Source: Candidatus Mycalebacterium zealandia
Lineage (GTDB): Bacteria > Desulfobacterota_D > UBA1144 > Nemesobacterales > Mycalebacteriaceae
Assembly (NCBI GenBank): GCA_014075295.1
Contig: CP046180.1
Span: 954,458 to 1,018,457, forward strand
Reading direction: 5' to 3'
DNA length: 64,000 nt
Each line of letters opens with the position of its first letter. Position 1 is the stretch's first letter. Under the pieces are notes generated by a model. That model had not been told where the DNA came from. It made no database searches and saw nothing but the letters and a program-made list of their open reading frames with translations. Below are positions 38,110 through 47,408 of the stretch, in pieces. The position numbers and the translations under genes were made by a program.

Positions 38110-40098
38110 TTAAACAGCCGTAAGTTTCAATCTGCGTCTTACAGGGTCAACTTTGCGTATCTTCGCTCTGACTTGCCCGCCTTCCTTTAAAACGTCCTTT
38201 TTTTCGCCGTGAAGCGGGAACTCCAGACAATACTGCGGGAAATACGCGAACACTCTCCCGTCCGCGATACGCGAAACAGTTCCCTCAAGCCGCGCTTGCG
38301 AGTCCATCATTCTGAAATGCTCAAAAAGCCAAAACCGTGTTCTGCTTCTCTGAACAACGCGCCTGTCATGAATTATCTGTTCGGTTTCGGAGATGATTTG
38401 CAGAATAGATTTTTCATCAAGCCCCGCTTCGCGGCGAATTTCGGACATAATCTGCCTCTGCACAATCAGGTCGCGGTATCTCCTTATGGGCGAGGTCGCC
38501 TGCGCGTAACACTCAACTCCGAGCGAGCGGTGCGAGTCCGGATAAATGTTGATTTTGGATGGCTTCATAAATCTGCCTATCCGAACCGGGAAAAGCGGGT
38601 CTTTTTCATCAACATCTCGCGCGGCGGGAGAAATGGGCTCGGTCTGGGAACGGAAAATTGCGGGCACGGAGTTTTGTTTGAGAAAGACGGCGGAAACATT
38701 GTTCGTGGCTATCATAAGTTCGGAAACAACAAGGTGTGCCTGGCCTTTGGGCTGCGCGAAGCCGGCTTTGATGTTTCCGTCCGCGTCCACGCGGATTTTT
38801 AACTCCGGAACATTCACTATCAACGCGCCCCGCTCAATCCTTTTGTGCTTCAATGCCGCGCATATCTCCGCAAGTTTCTTCCAATCGCCCCCGGTCTCAA
38901 TTAACCCCTCCGCTTCGTCGTAAGTCATGTTGCGTTTGACGGAAATTTTTGTCGCGGCGAAACGAAAATCGCTCATCTCAAGGGTACACGGGTCAAAATC
39001 CATAAAAACCGAAAGCGCGGCGCGCTCGGTTTTCTCAATTAAACTGAGCCGCCCCTTTATCAGTTCCGAGGGGAAAATATCTACCCTGCGCTCGGGAAAA
39101 TACATAGTTTCAGCTGCTTGCTTCGCCTCGCGATCAAGCGCGCCGTCCGGGCGAATGATTAGAGCGACATTGGAAATATGAACCCCTACGCGCAAACAGG
39201 TTTCGGAAGTCTCAAGGGAAATTGCGTCATCAATATCCTCTGTCGTCTCATCGTCAATTGAAAAAGTTTCAAGCGCGGTCAAATCCTCAAGAGAACCGGT
39301 TTCTGTTTTTCCGGAAATCAGGCGCGCTGACTCTTCAAGCGCTTCGGGCGAAAAACCGTCCTTGATTCGGGCGGCTATCATCACGGGGTCGGAACCTTCG
39401 GGCAAGTCACCTGATTCAATCAGCAATTCGGTCGCCTCTGCGGAATCTTTTATTCCGGTGTTTGATAAAATCGCGTGCGCGGTTTTGAAAGCGGGATTCT
39501 CCTCGGCATTTTCAATATAAGCAATCACGGCTTTCACGCACCTTTGCCTGTCAAAACCTTCAGGTTCGAACTCCGAGCCTGAAAGAACCGACCGTATCCA
39601 CTGCTCCGACAAATCACCCTGTATTTTGTCCATGGCGCGTTTTTTGACACGGGCAAGCACTTTTTCAACGCATTTTTCGGCAAGCGGGCGGTAACCACCC
39701 TTGTACCGTTTGAAATAGACCGTGTCTTTGTCAACAGCCCAGAATAGTTTGAGGATTTCGTCCGCATCCGGCTCGGAGCCGGATGAATAAACCGACAAAA
39801 TTTCGCCAAAGGAAACCGTCTCTCCCGCGCCGGCAAAATGCTCCCATAGAGGTTTTAAATCAAAACCGTCTTTGGCGGCTTCAAGATTTTTTCTGAGACG
39901 CCGCATCTCCATTTTCCACTCGGCGTCCGTTTTCAGGTCAAGCGTTATGCCCGCGCTGAACGCGACTTTGTCATCTGAAACCCGCATGTTTTTTCCTTCT
40001 TCGGAAAAAACCGTTACAGCGCCGTCCTCTGAGGAAATAAAAATTCCGCAACACGGCTCCTTTCTCTTTCTGAAAATTACAATTTCGCCCGGTTTCAT
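38110..40098 (-). CDS. RNB-domain exoribonuclease (RNase II family)
   Basis: SIDDETTEDIDDAIS, ATSPIRRYRDL, C-terminal S1-like domain. Confidence 0.9.
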   Translation of the reverse strand: MKPGEIVIFRKRKEPCCGIFISSEDGAVTVFSEEGKNMRVSDDKVAFSAGITLDLKTDAEWKMEMRRLRKNLEAAKDGFDLKPLWEHFAGAGETVSFGEILSVYSSGSEPDADEILKLFWAVDKDTVYFKRYKGGYRPLAEKCVEKVLARVKKRAMDKIQGDLSEQWIRSVLSGSEFEPEGFDRQRCVKAVIAYIENAEENPAFKTAHAILSNTGIKDSAEATELLIESGDLPEGSDPVMIAARIKDGFSPEALEESARLISGKTETGSLEDLTALETFSIDDETTEDIDDAISLETSETCLRVGVHISNVALIIRPDGALDREAKQAAETMYFPERRVDIFPSELIKGRLSLIEKTERAALSVFMDFDPCTLEMSDFRFAATKISVKRNMTYDEAEGLIETGGDWKKLAEICAALKHKRIERGALIVNVPELKIRVDADGNIKAGFAQPKGQAHLVVSELMIATNNVSAVFLKQNSVPAIFRSQTEPISPAARDVDEKDPLFPVRIGRFMKPSKINIYPDSHRSLGVECYAQATSPIRRYRDLIVQRQIMSEIRREAGLDEKSILQIISETEQIIHDRRVVQRSRTRFWLFEHFRMMDSQARLEGTVSRIADGRVFAYFPQYCLEFPLHGEKKDVLKEGGQVRAKIRKVDPVRRRLKLTAV

Positions 40099-40099
40099 C

Positions 40100-41743
40100 T
40101 CATCTGGATTTCCGGAAATTGAGAGCCGCGCCAATGAAATCCCTGAAAAGAGGATGCGGACACAAAGGAGTTGAAAGAAATTCGGGGTGAAACTGACATC
40201 CTACAAACCACGGGTGTTTTTTGAGTTCAACAATCTCCACAAGCGAAGAATCCGGCGACTCGCCACTTGCCACAAGTCCGCCCGCCTTGAGTTCTGAAAG
40301 GTAATCGTTATTGAATTCAAGACGGTGTCTGTGCCGCTCTGATATGCGCTTTTTCCCATATGCCTTGTGTGCGCGCGTGCCGTTTCGCAACACACACGGG
40401 AAAGCGCCGAGCCTCATAGTCCCCCCTTTCTTTTCAATGTCTTTCTGCCCGCTCAGAAAGTCAATCACCGGATGTGGCGAGTGGGCGTCCACCTCACTTG
40501 AATGGGCTTTTTTTATTCCGCAAACGTCTCGCGCGAATTCCACAACCGCCATTTGCATTCCGAGACAAATTCCAAAAAACGGAATGTTGTTTTTTCTTGC
40601 GCGCGCTATCGCTTTTATCTTGCCCTCATAACCTCTCTCTCCAAAACCGCCGGGCACCAGAATGCCGTCCGCGTCTTTGAGAAGTAACGAACTCTCATTT
40701 TTGATTTCCGCGGAATCAATGTATTTGATGTTCACCTCGCAACCGTTTGCCATTCCTCCATGAACAAGGGCTTCGTGAAGACTTTTGTAGGTGTCGCTCT
40801 GTCCCGTTACATATTTGCCCACAACCGCTATCGTAACGGTCTTTGACATTTTGCCGATGCTTTCAAACATCCTGCGCCAACCCGTCAGTCTGGGGTTTCT
40901 CGTCCATATGTTCAGCTGTGAGGCGACCGTTTCGTCAAAACCCTCACCGTGCAACACAAGCGGCACTTCATAGACTGAGTCCACATCCTTGCCGGATACA
41001 ACCGAATTGAAATCAACATTGCAGAAAAGCGCGATTTTCCGTTTGATTTCATCGGGGAGTTGCTTTTCGGTGCGGCACAGAAGAACATCGGGCTGAATTC
41101 CAATCTTCAGCAACTCCTTCACGCTGTGCTGTGTGGGTTTTGTCTTAAATTCCCCCGAAGCGCCTGCGTAGGGAACGTATGTCAGATGTATGAAAACGGT
41201 GTTTTCCCTTCCAAGTTCAGACCGCAACTGGCGCACGGCTTCAAGGAACGGCAGACTTTCAATGTCTCCCACGGTGCCGCCTATCTCAACAATCACAACA
41301 TCTTTTTCGCCGCTGTTGCCCAGCAATTCTATTCTGGATTTAATCTCATCGGTGATGTGAGGAATAACCTGAACGGTTTTGCCGAGAAACTCGCCCTCTC
41401 TTTCTTTTGTTATGACCGAATGATAGACCGTTCCCGAAGTAAAATTGCACGCGCGTGTAAGTTCGGCTTTTGTAAAACGCTGGTAGTGACCAAGGTCAAG
41501 ATCGGTTTCGGCTCCGTCATCGGTAACAAAAACCTCTCCGTGCTCATAGGGGTTCATCGTTCCGGGGTCAACATTGATATAGGGGTCAAGTTTCTGAACG
41601 CCGATTGTGAGTCCTCTGCTTTCAAGCAGAAGCCCCAGAGACGCGGCGGCTATGCCCTTGCCAAGAGACGACATCACGCCGCCCGTAACAAAAACGTATT
41701 TGACGGGGCGGACTTTCTTTTGCGTGGAAGGTTTTCTGTTCAT
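40100..41743 (-). CDS. pyrG: CTP synthase
   Basis: [34 protein letters not shown]. Confidence 0.98.
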   Translation of the reverse strand: MNRKPSTQKKVRPVKYVFVTGGVMSSLGKGIAAASLGLLLESRGLTIGVQKLDPYINVDPGTMNPYEHGEVFVTDDGAETDLDLGHYQRFTKAELTRACNFTSGTVYHSVITKEREGEFLGKTVQVIPHITDEIKSRIELLGNSGEKDVVIVEIGGTVGDIESLPFLEAVRQLRSELGRENTVFIHLTYVPYAGASGEFKTKPTQHSVKELLKIGIQPDVLLCRTEKQLPDEIKRKIALFCNVDFNSVVSGKDVDSVYEVPLVLHGEGFDETVASQLNIWTRNPRLTGWRRMFESIGKMSKTVTIAVVGKYVTGQSDTYKSLHEALVHGGMANGCEVNIKYIDSAEIKNESSLLLKDADGILVPGGFGERGYEGKIKAIARARKNNIPFFGICLGMQMAVVEFARDVCGIKKAHSSEVDAHSPHPVIDFLSGQKDIEKKGGTMRLGAFPCVLRNGTRAHKAYGKKRISERHRHRLEFNNDYLSELKAGGLVASGESPDSSLVEIVELKKHPWFVGCQFHPEFLSTPLCPHPLFRDFIGAALNFRKSR

Positions 41744-42354
41744 TAAGCTATCTCCCGCACACGCAAGGCAATCTCTCTTGACGCCTTGCCCCTGTGGCTT
41801 ATGCGGTTTTTCTCTTCAGCGGAAATTTCAGCCATTGTTTTCCCTAAAGACGGGAGAAAGAAAACAGGGTCATAGCCAAATCCGCCATCACCTTTTTTTG
41901 CCTCCGCTATCACTCCTTCGCACACTCCGTCCACAACAATTTTCTCCCCGTCCGGCAAAATCAGAGTCAGAACGCAAACATAGCGTGCGCCTCTGTCCTG
42001 AACGCCTTTGAGTTCCGACATCAATTTATCCAAGTTTTCCTCATCGGTGGAGTTTTCGCCCGCGTAACGCGCGCTGCGCACTCCGGGTCTGCCGCCGAGC
42101 GCGTGAATTTCAATTCCCGAATCGTCCGCGAGCACGGCGGGCACAACGGAGCGTTCGGAACGAACAGTTTCAAAAACCGCTCGGGCTTTAAGAAGCGAAT
42201 TTCCCGCGAAGGTTTCGCCGGTTTCCTCCGGCATAACAACCGAAGGAAAATCTTTGAGGGATAAAATTTTGTTGAAAACTCCGCTCATCAGGCAGCCGAA
42301 TTCACGCGCTTTGCCTTCATTGCCGGTCGCAACAATGATTTCATCAAGGTTCAC
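41743..42354 (-). CDS. rdgB: dITP/XTP pyrophosphatase
   Basis: [29 protein letters not shown]; start moved to GTG 42354, downstream of the tmRNA. Confidence 0.94.
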   Translation of the reverse strand: MNLDEIIVATGNEGKAREFGCLMSGVFNKILSLKDFPSVVMPEETGETFAGNSLLKARAVFETVRSERSVVPAVLADDSGIEIHALGGRPGVRSARYAGENSTDEENLDKLMSELKGVQDRGARYVCVLTLILPDGEKIVVDGVCEGVIAEAKKGDGGFGYDPVFFLPSLGKTMAEISAEEKNRISHRGKASREIALRVREIA

Positions 42355-42373
42355 AGAATTATTCCATTTAATC

Positions 42374-42726
42374 TGGTGGAGGCGGCGGGAATTGAACCCG
42401 CGTCCGCAAAAGAGAATCACCCAGCCTCTACATGCTTATCCCGCCGTAATTTGACGGAGAAAGTTGCCGGCGGGCGAGCGCTTTTTCCGTTTTCCCGATG
42501 AGTTTTCTCACCCGTTCGCGCACCGGAAGCCGCGAACAAGCCAGCCTGCTGGATGCCGCCTCACGAAGCCCGCAGGCATTGCCGCGTGAAGCGCTGCGGC
42601 GTTAATTAGGCCGCAAGTGCGTTAATTGGTTCGCCGTTTAATAAGCGAGAGGTCAGTTTAACGAGTTAGCCAAGCTCGGCATGCAACATGAGCTGTCTTC
42701 AGATACGTCGAAGCCAGTTCGCCCCC
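42374..42726 (-). ncRNA. ssrA: tmRNA
   Basis: 5' GGGGGCGAACTGGCTTCGAC, 3' GGGTTCAATTCCCGCCGCCTCCACCA; tag ORF GEPINALAA*; smpB nearby. Confidence 0.95.
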
Positions 42727-42793
42727 TGTCGGGATACGGATACTAATGAATTGAAGGCGATATTTCAAGAATGGGTTTTGAGCAACTGTAATT

Positions 42794-44221
42794 TCAATTA
42801 AAAATGTGCCGCCGAAGTTTCCGCGCCAAAGAGGGATTTAATTTGTTCAACCGCTCCCACGCTTCTTTTGCCTTCTTGTCCTGACGGTTGAGTTTGTAAG
42901 AACCTGCCAAGTTATACCACGCTTCCGCAAACTCAGGATTTATTCGGAGTACCTCTCTATATGACTCTACCGCTTCCCCGTATCTGCCTTGTCTGCCATA
43001 AACATTCCCCAAGTTATACCACGCTTCCGCATACTCAGGATTTATTCGGAGTGCCTCTCTGTATGACTCTACCGCTTCCCCGTATCTGCCTTGTTTAGCA
43101 TAAGAAAGTCCCAAGTTATTCCACGCACCCGCAAGCTCAGGATTTATTCGGAGTGCCTCTCTATATGACTCTACCGCTTCCCCGTATCTGCCTTGGTTAT
43201 AATAAGAAACTCCCAAGTTATTCCACGCTTCCGCATCCTCAGGATCTATTCGCAACGCCTCACGAAAAGACTCTATTTCTTCCCCGTATCTGCCTTGTTT
43301 TGCATAAGTAGTTCCCAAGTTATTCCACGCTTCCGCAAGCTCAGGATTTATTCGGAGTGCCTCTCTATATGACTCTATCGCTTGTCCGTGTCTGCCTTGT
43401 TTGGCATAAGAAAATCCCAAATAAAACCACCCCAAAGAATCAGAAGGTAAAAGTTCAATCCACTTCAAGGAGTGCTTTTCAAGTTCAACCCAATCCTAAC
43501 TATCAACCAGAGAATTTGCCAAGATGAGATTCAGCAAACGAAAACCGGCAATCAGTGTTTCGGAGCTTATAGTAGAATCGGTCTCAATCCCGCTTACACG
43601 GACTTCCTCTATCCATTCAACTGGAGTTGCAAACCCTATGTTTTGTGCCTCTTCCAAAACAAAAGACACAATGCCGACAAGATTGCCTTTCTTATCAAAA
43701 AGCCCACCCCCTGAGGAACCTGATGAAACTGATGCGTCAGTCTGAATAATCGGGGGAGAGTCTTTCTTATCTCTGCGCAGTTGAGAAACCAGCCCCGCGC
43801 TTAAACTGTAATCCATTCCTTCGGGCGAACCGATTGCGTAAACGGATTCACCAATTTTCAGAGAATTTGATGGGCGAATTTTTGCCTTTTTGCTTTTCAA
43901 TCCCGGAACATTCAGCAAACAGACATCTTTTTCCCAATCGGCGCGGAAAAGCGTGGCGGTTTTTGGCTGCCCCGTTTTGGTATGAACGGTTATTTTTTCT
44001 CCGTTTTCTATAACATGACAGTTTGTAACAACTTCGCCTTTGCCGATGACAACACCGCTACCCTGTGATGTATTTTTCCCTTCGTCATCATAAACATAGA
44101 CAACCACAACTGAGCGGGACGCTTTCTTAAAAACCTTTGAAGCGTCTTGCGCGAACGCAAAGGAAGCAAGTGCGAAAAACGCAATTGGCAACAGAAAAAT
44201 TGTTTTCAATCTCACAGACAT
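42794..44221 (-). pseudogene. Exported trypsin-like serine protease-TPR fusion interrupted by one in-frame TAG (43496-43498)
   Basis: Signal peptide, TNCHV, GSSGGGL; the frame continues …NSLVDS*DWVELEKHSLKWIELLP… straight into the TPR ORF. Confidence 0.75.
42907..43430. repeat. Tandem 102-bp TPR-encoding repeats (about 5 units)
   Basis: CCAAGTTAT(A/T)CCACGC recurs at 42907, 43009, 43111, 43213 and 43315. Confidence 0.9.
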
Positions 44222-44335
44222 TCCGTTGATTTTATCACAAGTTTTCTCAATGCCACGGATAGGGGTCTTTATCAACGGGATTGCTGATATTTATCGTATC
44301 GATTGGGGTTGTAGTTTTGATTTTTGTTTTTGCGT

Positions 44336-44636
44336 TTAACCTTTGCTCTCAGTTCGACGGGCGCGGTTTTGAGGCATAAGCGCCTGCCGGATTTTCTCAC
44401 GCTCCGGTATGTTCGGGGTCCGCTTTGACCGTTTTTTTATAAAATTCAATCGCTTTGGAGTAAAGCCTCTGCGTCTTGTAAGCGACTCCCGCCGGATGCA
44501 GAGTTTCGGCTTTACCGTAAAAACCTTTTTCCGCCTGAACAATTCAGGACTACCGGGCTGCGGAACCTCCGAACGCCGACACGGAAGTTGCCGCAAACAA
44601 AACGAGAACCGCAAAAAATGCCAAACAGCGCGTCAT
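44336..44636 (-). pseudogene. Degenerate exported TPR protein
   Basis: ATG overlaps the smpB stop: MTRCLAFFAVLVLFAATSVSAFGGSAAR*, then a TPR-like stretch AGVAYKTQRLYSKAIEFYKKTVKADPEHTGA*ENPAGAY. Confidence 0.55.
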
Positions 44637-45088
44637 CTTCTTTTCATTTCCCTTTTCATCGCTCTTTCCATTTCCCTGTCGGCTTCGCGTTTTTTGACGT
44701 CGGAACGCTTGTCGTAAAGCTTCTTTCCTTTTGCGAGCGCGACTTCCACCTTCGCAAAACCGCCGCGAAAATAGATTGAGGTTGGCACAAGCGTGTAGCC
44801 CTTCATTTGAGTTTTACCGATAAGTTTGTCTATTTCGCGCTTTTTCAAAAGCAGTTTGCGCGAACGGTTGGGCTCATGATCAAGCGCGCCCGCCGCCTCA
44901 TACGGCGCGATGTAGCTGCCTACGAGATGAACCTCGCCGCGCTGTGCAACCGCATAACTCTCTTTTATGCTCGCCTTGCCGTTTCGCAGGGATTTGACTT
45001 CGGAGCCCGTCAGCACAAGACCGGCTTCAAACTTCTCCTCTATGTGATAATCCCTGTTAACGGTCGGATGTTTGCATACACGCTTCAT
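44633..45088 (-). CDS. smpB: SsrA-binding protein
   Basis: EAGLVLTGSEVKSLR, RKLLL, GKKLYDKR. Confidence 0.97.
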   Translation of the reverse strand: MKRVCKHPTVNRDYHIEEKFEAGLVLTGSEVKSLRNGKASIKESYAVAQRGEVHLVGSYIAPYEAAGALDHEPNRSRKLLLKKREIDKLIGKTQMKGYTLVPTSIYFRGGFAKVEVALAKGKKLYDKRSDVKKREADREMERAMKREMKRR

Positions 45089-45174
45089 CGGAAATCACCG
45101 TGCGGCTCCCGGCATTGCCGGACAAACCGCATCTTCCATAATAAAAATAACTCCGATAAAACAGAATATGAAAA

Positions 45175-45831
45175 TTAGTAGAAAGTTCCCGCCACTCCAA
45201 GAACCGCCGCTATAAAACTTACCGGAGCCAAATCCTCTATTGTGTCCAGACTTGTGTTGGCTTTGAAAATCATCTCCTGCGCGGCTTCATAGAGGTCTTC
45301 CTCGTTGATAATTTTGCCGACTGAACCCTCGCCTTTGTCCACTTTTGTGAGTATGGAATTGAGCCGAGTCGCGGCTTGCGCGGCTTCATCAAGAAATTCT
45401 CCGGCGTCCTGAATGATTTTGTCGAAATCATGCGGAGTTTTGCCATCCAGAGACTCCCCGGACGCAAGCGCGCGCCCTTGCGGAGAACCTAATGAAAGAT
45501 TGACGTAACTTGTTCCCAGAAGGCTGCTGAGACGCACGGTGGCGACTGTGTTTGTGTTCAGGGGAATATCTTTGCGCACTCTCACGCTCACTTTTATTCT
45601 GCCGCCGTCCGAAGAAAAACCTATGCTTCTTACATTGCCCACCCTGACTCCCTCCATCTTGACAAGCGAGCCCTCTTCAAGCCCCGAAACGGAGTCAAAA
45701 TACACATCCAGATTTCTATAACCGGAAAGAAAAGACGACGAGCCCGCGAACTCAAGCACAACCATAATCGCCAGAATACCGGCAAGAAAAAAACCGCCGA
45801 TTTGCAAATCTCTTTTTTTCAATCCCTTCAA
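45175..45831 (-). CDS. mlaD: MCE-domain protein
   Basis: N-terminal TM, SVSGLEEGSLVKMEGVRVGNV, LLGTSYVNL. Confidence 0.85.
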   Translation of the reverse strand: MKGLKKRDLQIGGFFLAGILAIMVVLEFAGSSSFLSGYRNLDVYFDSVSGLEEGSLVKMEGVRVGNVRSIGFSSDGGRIKVSVRVRKDIPLNTNTVATVRLSSLLGTSYVNLSLGSPQGRALASGESLDGKTPHDFDKIIQDAGEFLDEAAQAATRLNSILTKVDKGEGSVGKIINEEDLYEAAQEMIFKANTSLDTIEDLAPVSFIAAVLGVAGTFY

Positions 45832-46613
45832 CTTTGCTCCTCTAAACTCTCTTCAGCATTGGAACCGGAGAAAAAACCGCGCACAAGCGGATTTTTGCTG
45901 GTGGAGATTTCCTCATATGTGCCAGTCTCAACAATCTGTCCACTGTGCATTATAGATAACCGTTCAGCGAGAGCAAAAGCAAGTTCAACATCGTGCGTTA
46001 CCACAATCTGGGTTATTCCAATTTCGCGTCTGATAATAAGCAGTAAATCCCTGACGGATTTTTTTGTCGCGGGGTCAAGCCCGGTTGTGGGCTCGTCAAA
46101 AAGTATTACATCGGGATTGGTCAAAAGCGCGCGGGCGATTGCAACACGCCTGCGCATCCCGCCGCTCAATTCTGAAGGCATGGCGGACTCCCTGCCCGCG
46201 AGCCCGACAAGCGAAAGAACCGCAGTGGAAAGTTCTTTTATGGCGCTTTCGCAATCAATAACCCCGTGCTCCCTGATAAACAGTTCCACATTTTCCGAAA
46301 CGCTCATTGAATTAAAAAGCGCCGAGGACTGAAAAACAAAAGAAACAGTTGTGCGCGTAACCTCAATAGGCTCCGAACCTATCAACACCTCTCCCGCGTC
46401 CGGAGTTTCAAGCCCCGAAATGTGCCTCATGAGCAATGTTTTTCCCGAACCGCTTCTGCCGAGAAGAACAATCATCTCGCCGGCGGAAACTTTGAAGTCA
46501 ACCCCTTTGAGAACTTCCTGCCCGTCAAACGATTTTCTCAAACCCCGAACTTCAACCGAAACCGGTTTTCCGTTCAGAAATGACAGGAGTTTATCAATAT
46601 TGTTGCCGCTCAT
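45828..46613 (-). CDS. mlaF: Mla-type ABC transporter ATPase
   Basis: GRSGSGKT, FQSSALFNSM, LSGGMRRRVAIAR, DEPTTGLDP. Confidence 0.88.
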   Translation of the reverse strand: MSGNNIDKLLSFLNGKPVSVEVRGLRKSFDGQEVLKGVDFKVSAGEMIVLLGRSGSGKTLLMRHISGLETPDAGEVLIGSEPIEVTRTTVSFVFQSSALFNSMSVSENVELFIREHGVIDCESAIKELSTAVLSLVGLAGRESAMPSELSGGMRRRVAIARALLTNPDVILFDEPTTGLDPATKKSVRDLLLIIRREIGITQIVVTHDVELAFALAERLSIMHSGQIVETGTYEEISTSKNPLVRGFFSGSNAEESLEEQS

Positions 46614-46634
46614 CAGACTTCGCGCGCTCCGCCC

Positions 46635-47408
46635 TTAAATTATCCCCGCAAGGAACAGGATTTTTGATATGAAATAGTCGCATACGAGAATCATCACTAT
46701 TGACGCGACAACCGCGCGCGTAACCGAAACCCCGATTTGGCGAGGCCCGCCGGTTGTTTCAAGCCCGATTTTGCAACAAATCACCAAAATAACAAAACCG
46801 AAAACAAGCGCTTTTATAACGCCGTTCAAAACCGTTTTCAGATCAACGAAATCACCCAGATTATTGAAATAGGTAACCGCCGGAAGAGAAATCTCCGGAT
46901 TTGTCGCTCCAACGAGCGCACCGCCGAGCCAGCCCGTAACAATCATTAAAAGCACAAGAATTGGCATTGAAACCGCAAAAGCCACGAGGCGGGGCATCAC
47001 AAGAAATTTTACGGGGTCTATTTTCATTGTTTTGAGCGCATCAATCTCATCGTAAACCCTCATTGACGCAAGTTCCGCGGTTATTGATGAACCCAAACGC
47101 CCGGCAACCAGAATTGAACACATAACAGGCCCGATTTCCCTTGAAACCGCCACGCCTATGAGCCCGCCGAGAGTTTCCTGAATTCCAAAATCGGCAAGAA
47201 GCGGACCCGTTTGAAGGGCAAGAACCGCGCCGCCCGAAAGCCCGATAACCGAAGCGACAAGAAGCGTGTCTGAGCCGATTACGACTATTTGAAAAAACAC
47301 CTTGTCCGCGTTCGCTCTGATGTCTTTACACCAGTAAGCGGAGAGAAAAAACAAACGAAGCGCGCCGCCCGTGAAAAACGCAAAACGGTTTAGAATTCCC
47401 TCTTTCAT
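46635..47408 (-). CDS. mlaE: Mla-type ABC transporter permease
   Basis: REIGPV, AGRLGSSITAELASM…EIDAL, LVMPR. Confidence 0.92.
   Translation of the reverse strand: MKEGILNRFAFFTGGALRLFFLSAYWCKDIRANADKVFFQIVVIGSDTLLVASVIGLSGGAVLALQTGPLLADFGIQETLGGLIGVAVSREIGPVMCSILVAGRLGSSITAELASMRVYDEIDALKTMKIDPVKFLVMPRLVAFAVSMPILVLLMIVTGWLGGALVGATNPEISLPAVTYFNNLGDFVDLKTVLNGVIKALVFGFVILVICCKIGLETTGGPRQIGVSVTRAVVASIVMILVCDYFISKILFLAGII

Noticed and set aside
42355..42400. Prophage or island integrated at the tmRNA 3' end
   Set aside because: rdgB starts about 20 nt downstream; no integrase or duplicated 3' end was seen
42907..43430. CRISPR array or DGR template/variable repeat pair
   Set aside because: The repeats are contiguous in-frame 102-bp coding units with no unique spacers; no cas or reverse transcriptase gene is present
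43496..43498. Genome-wide TAG reassignment or pyrrolysine as the explanation for the in-frame amber codon
   Set aside because: TAG terminates conserved genes at their expected ends (rpmJ 57930, rpsM 57544, tig 12458), and no pyl genes are present in the window
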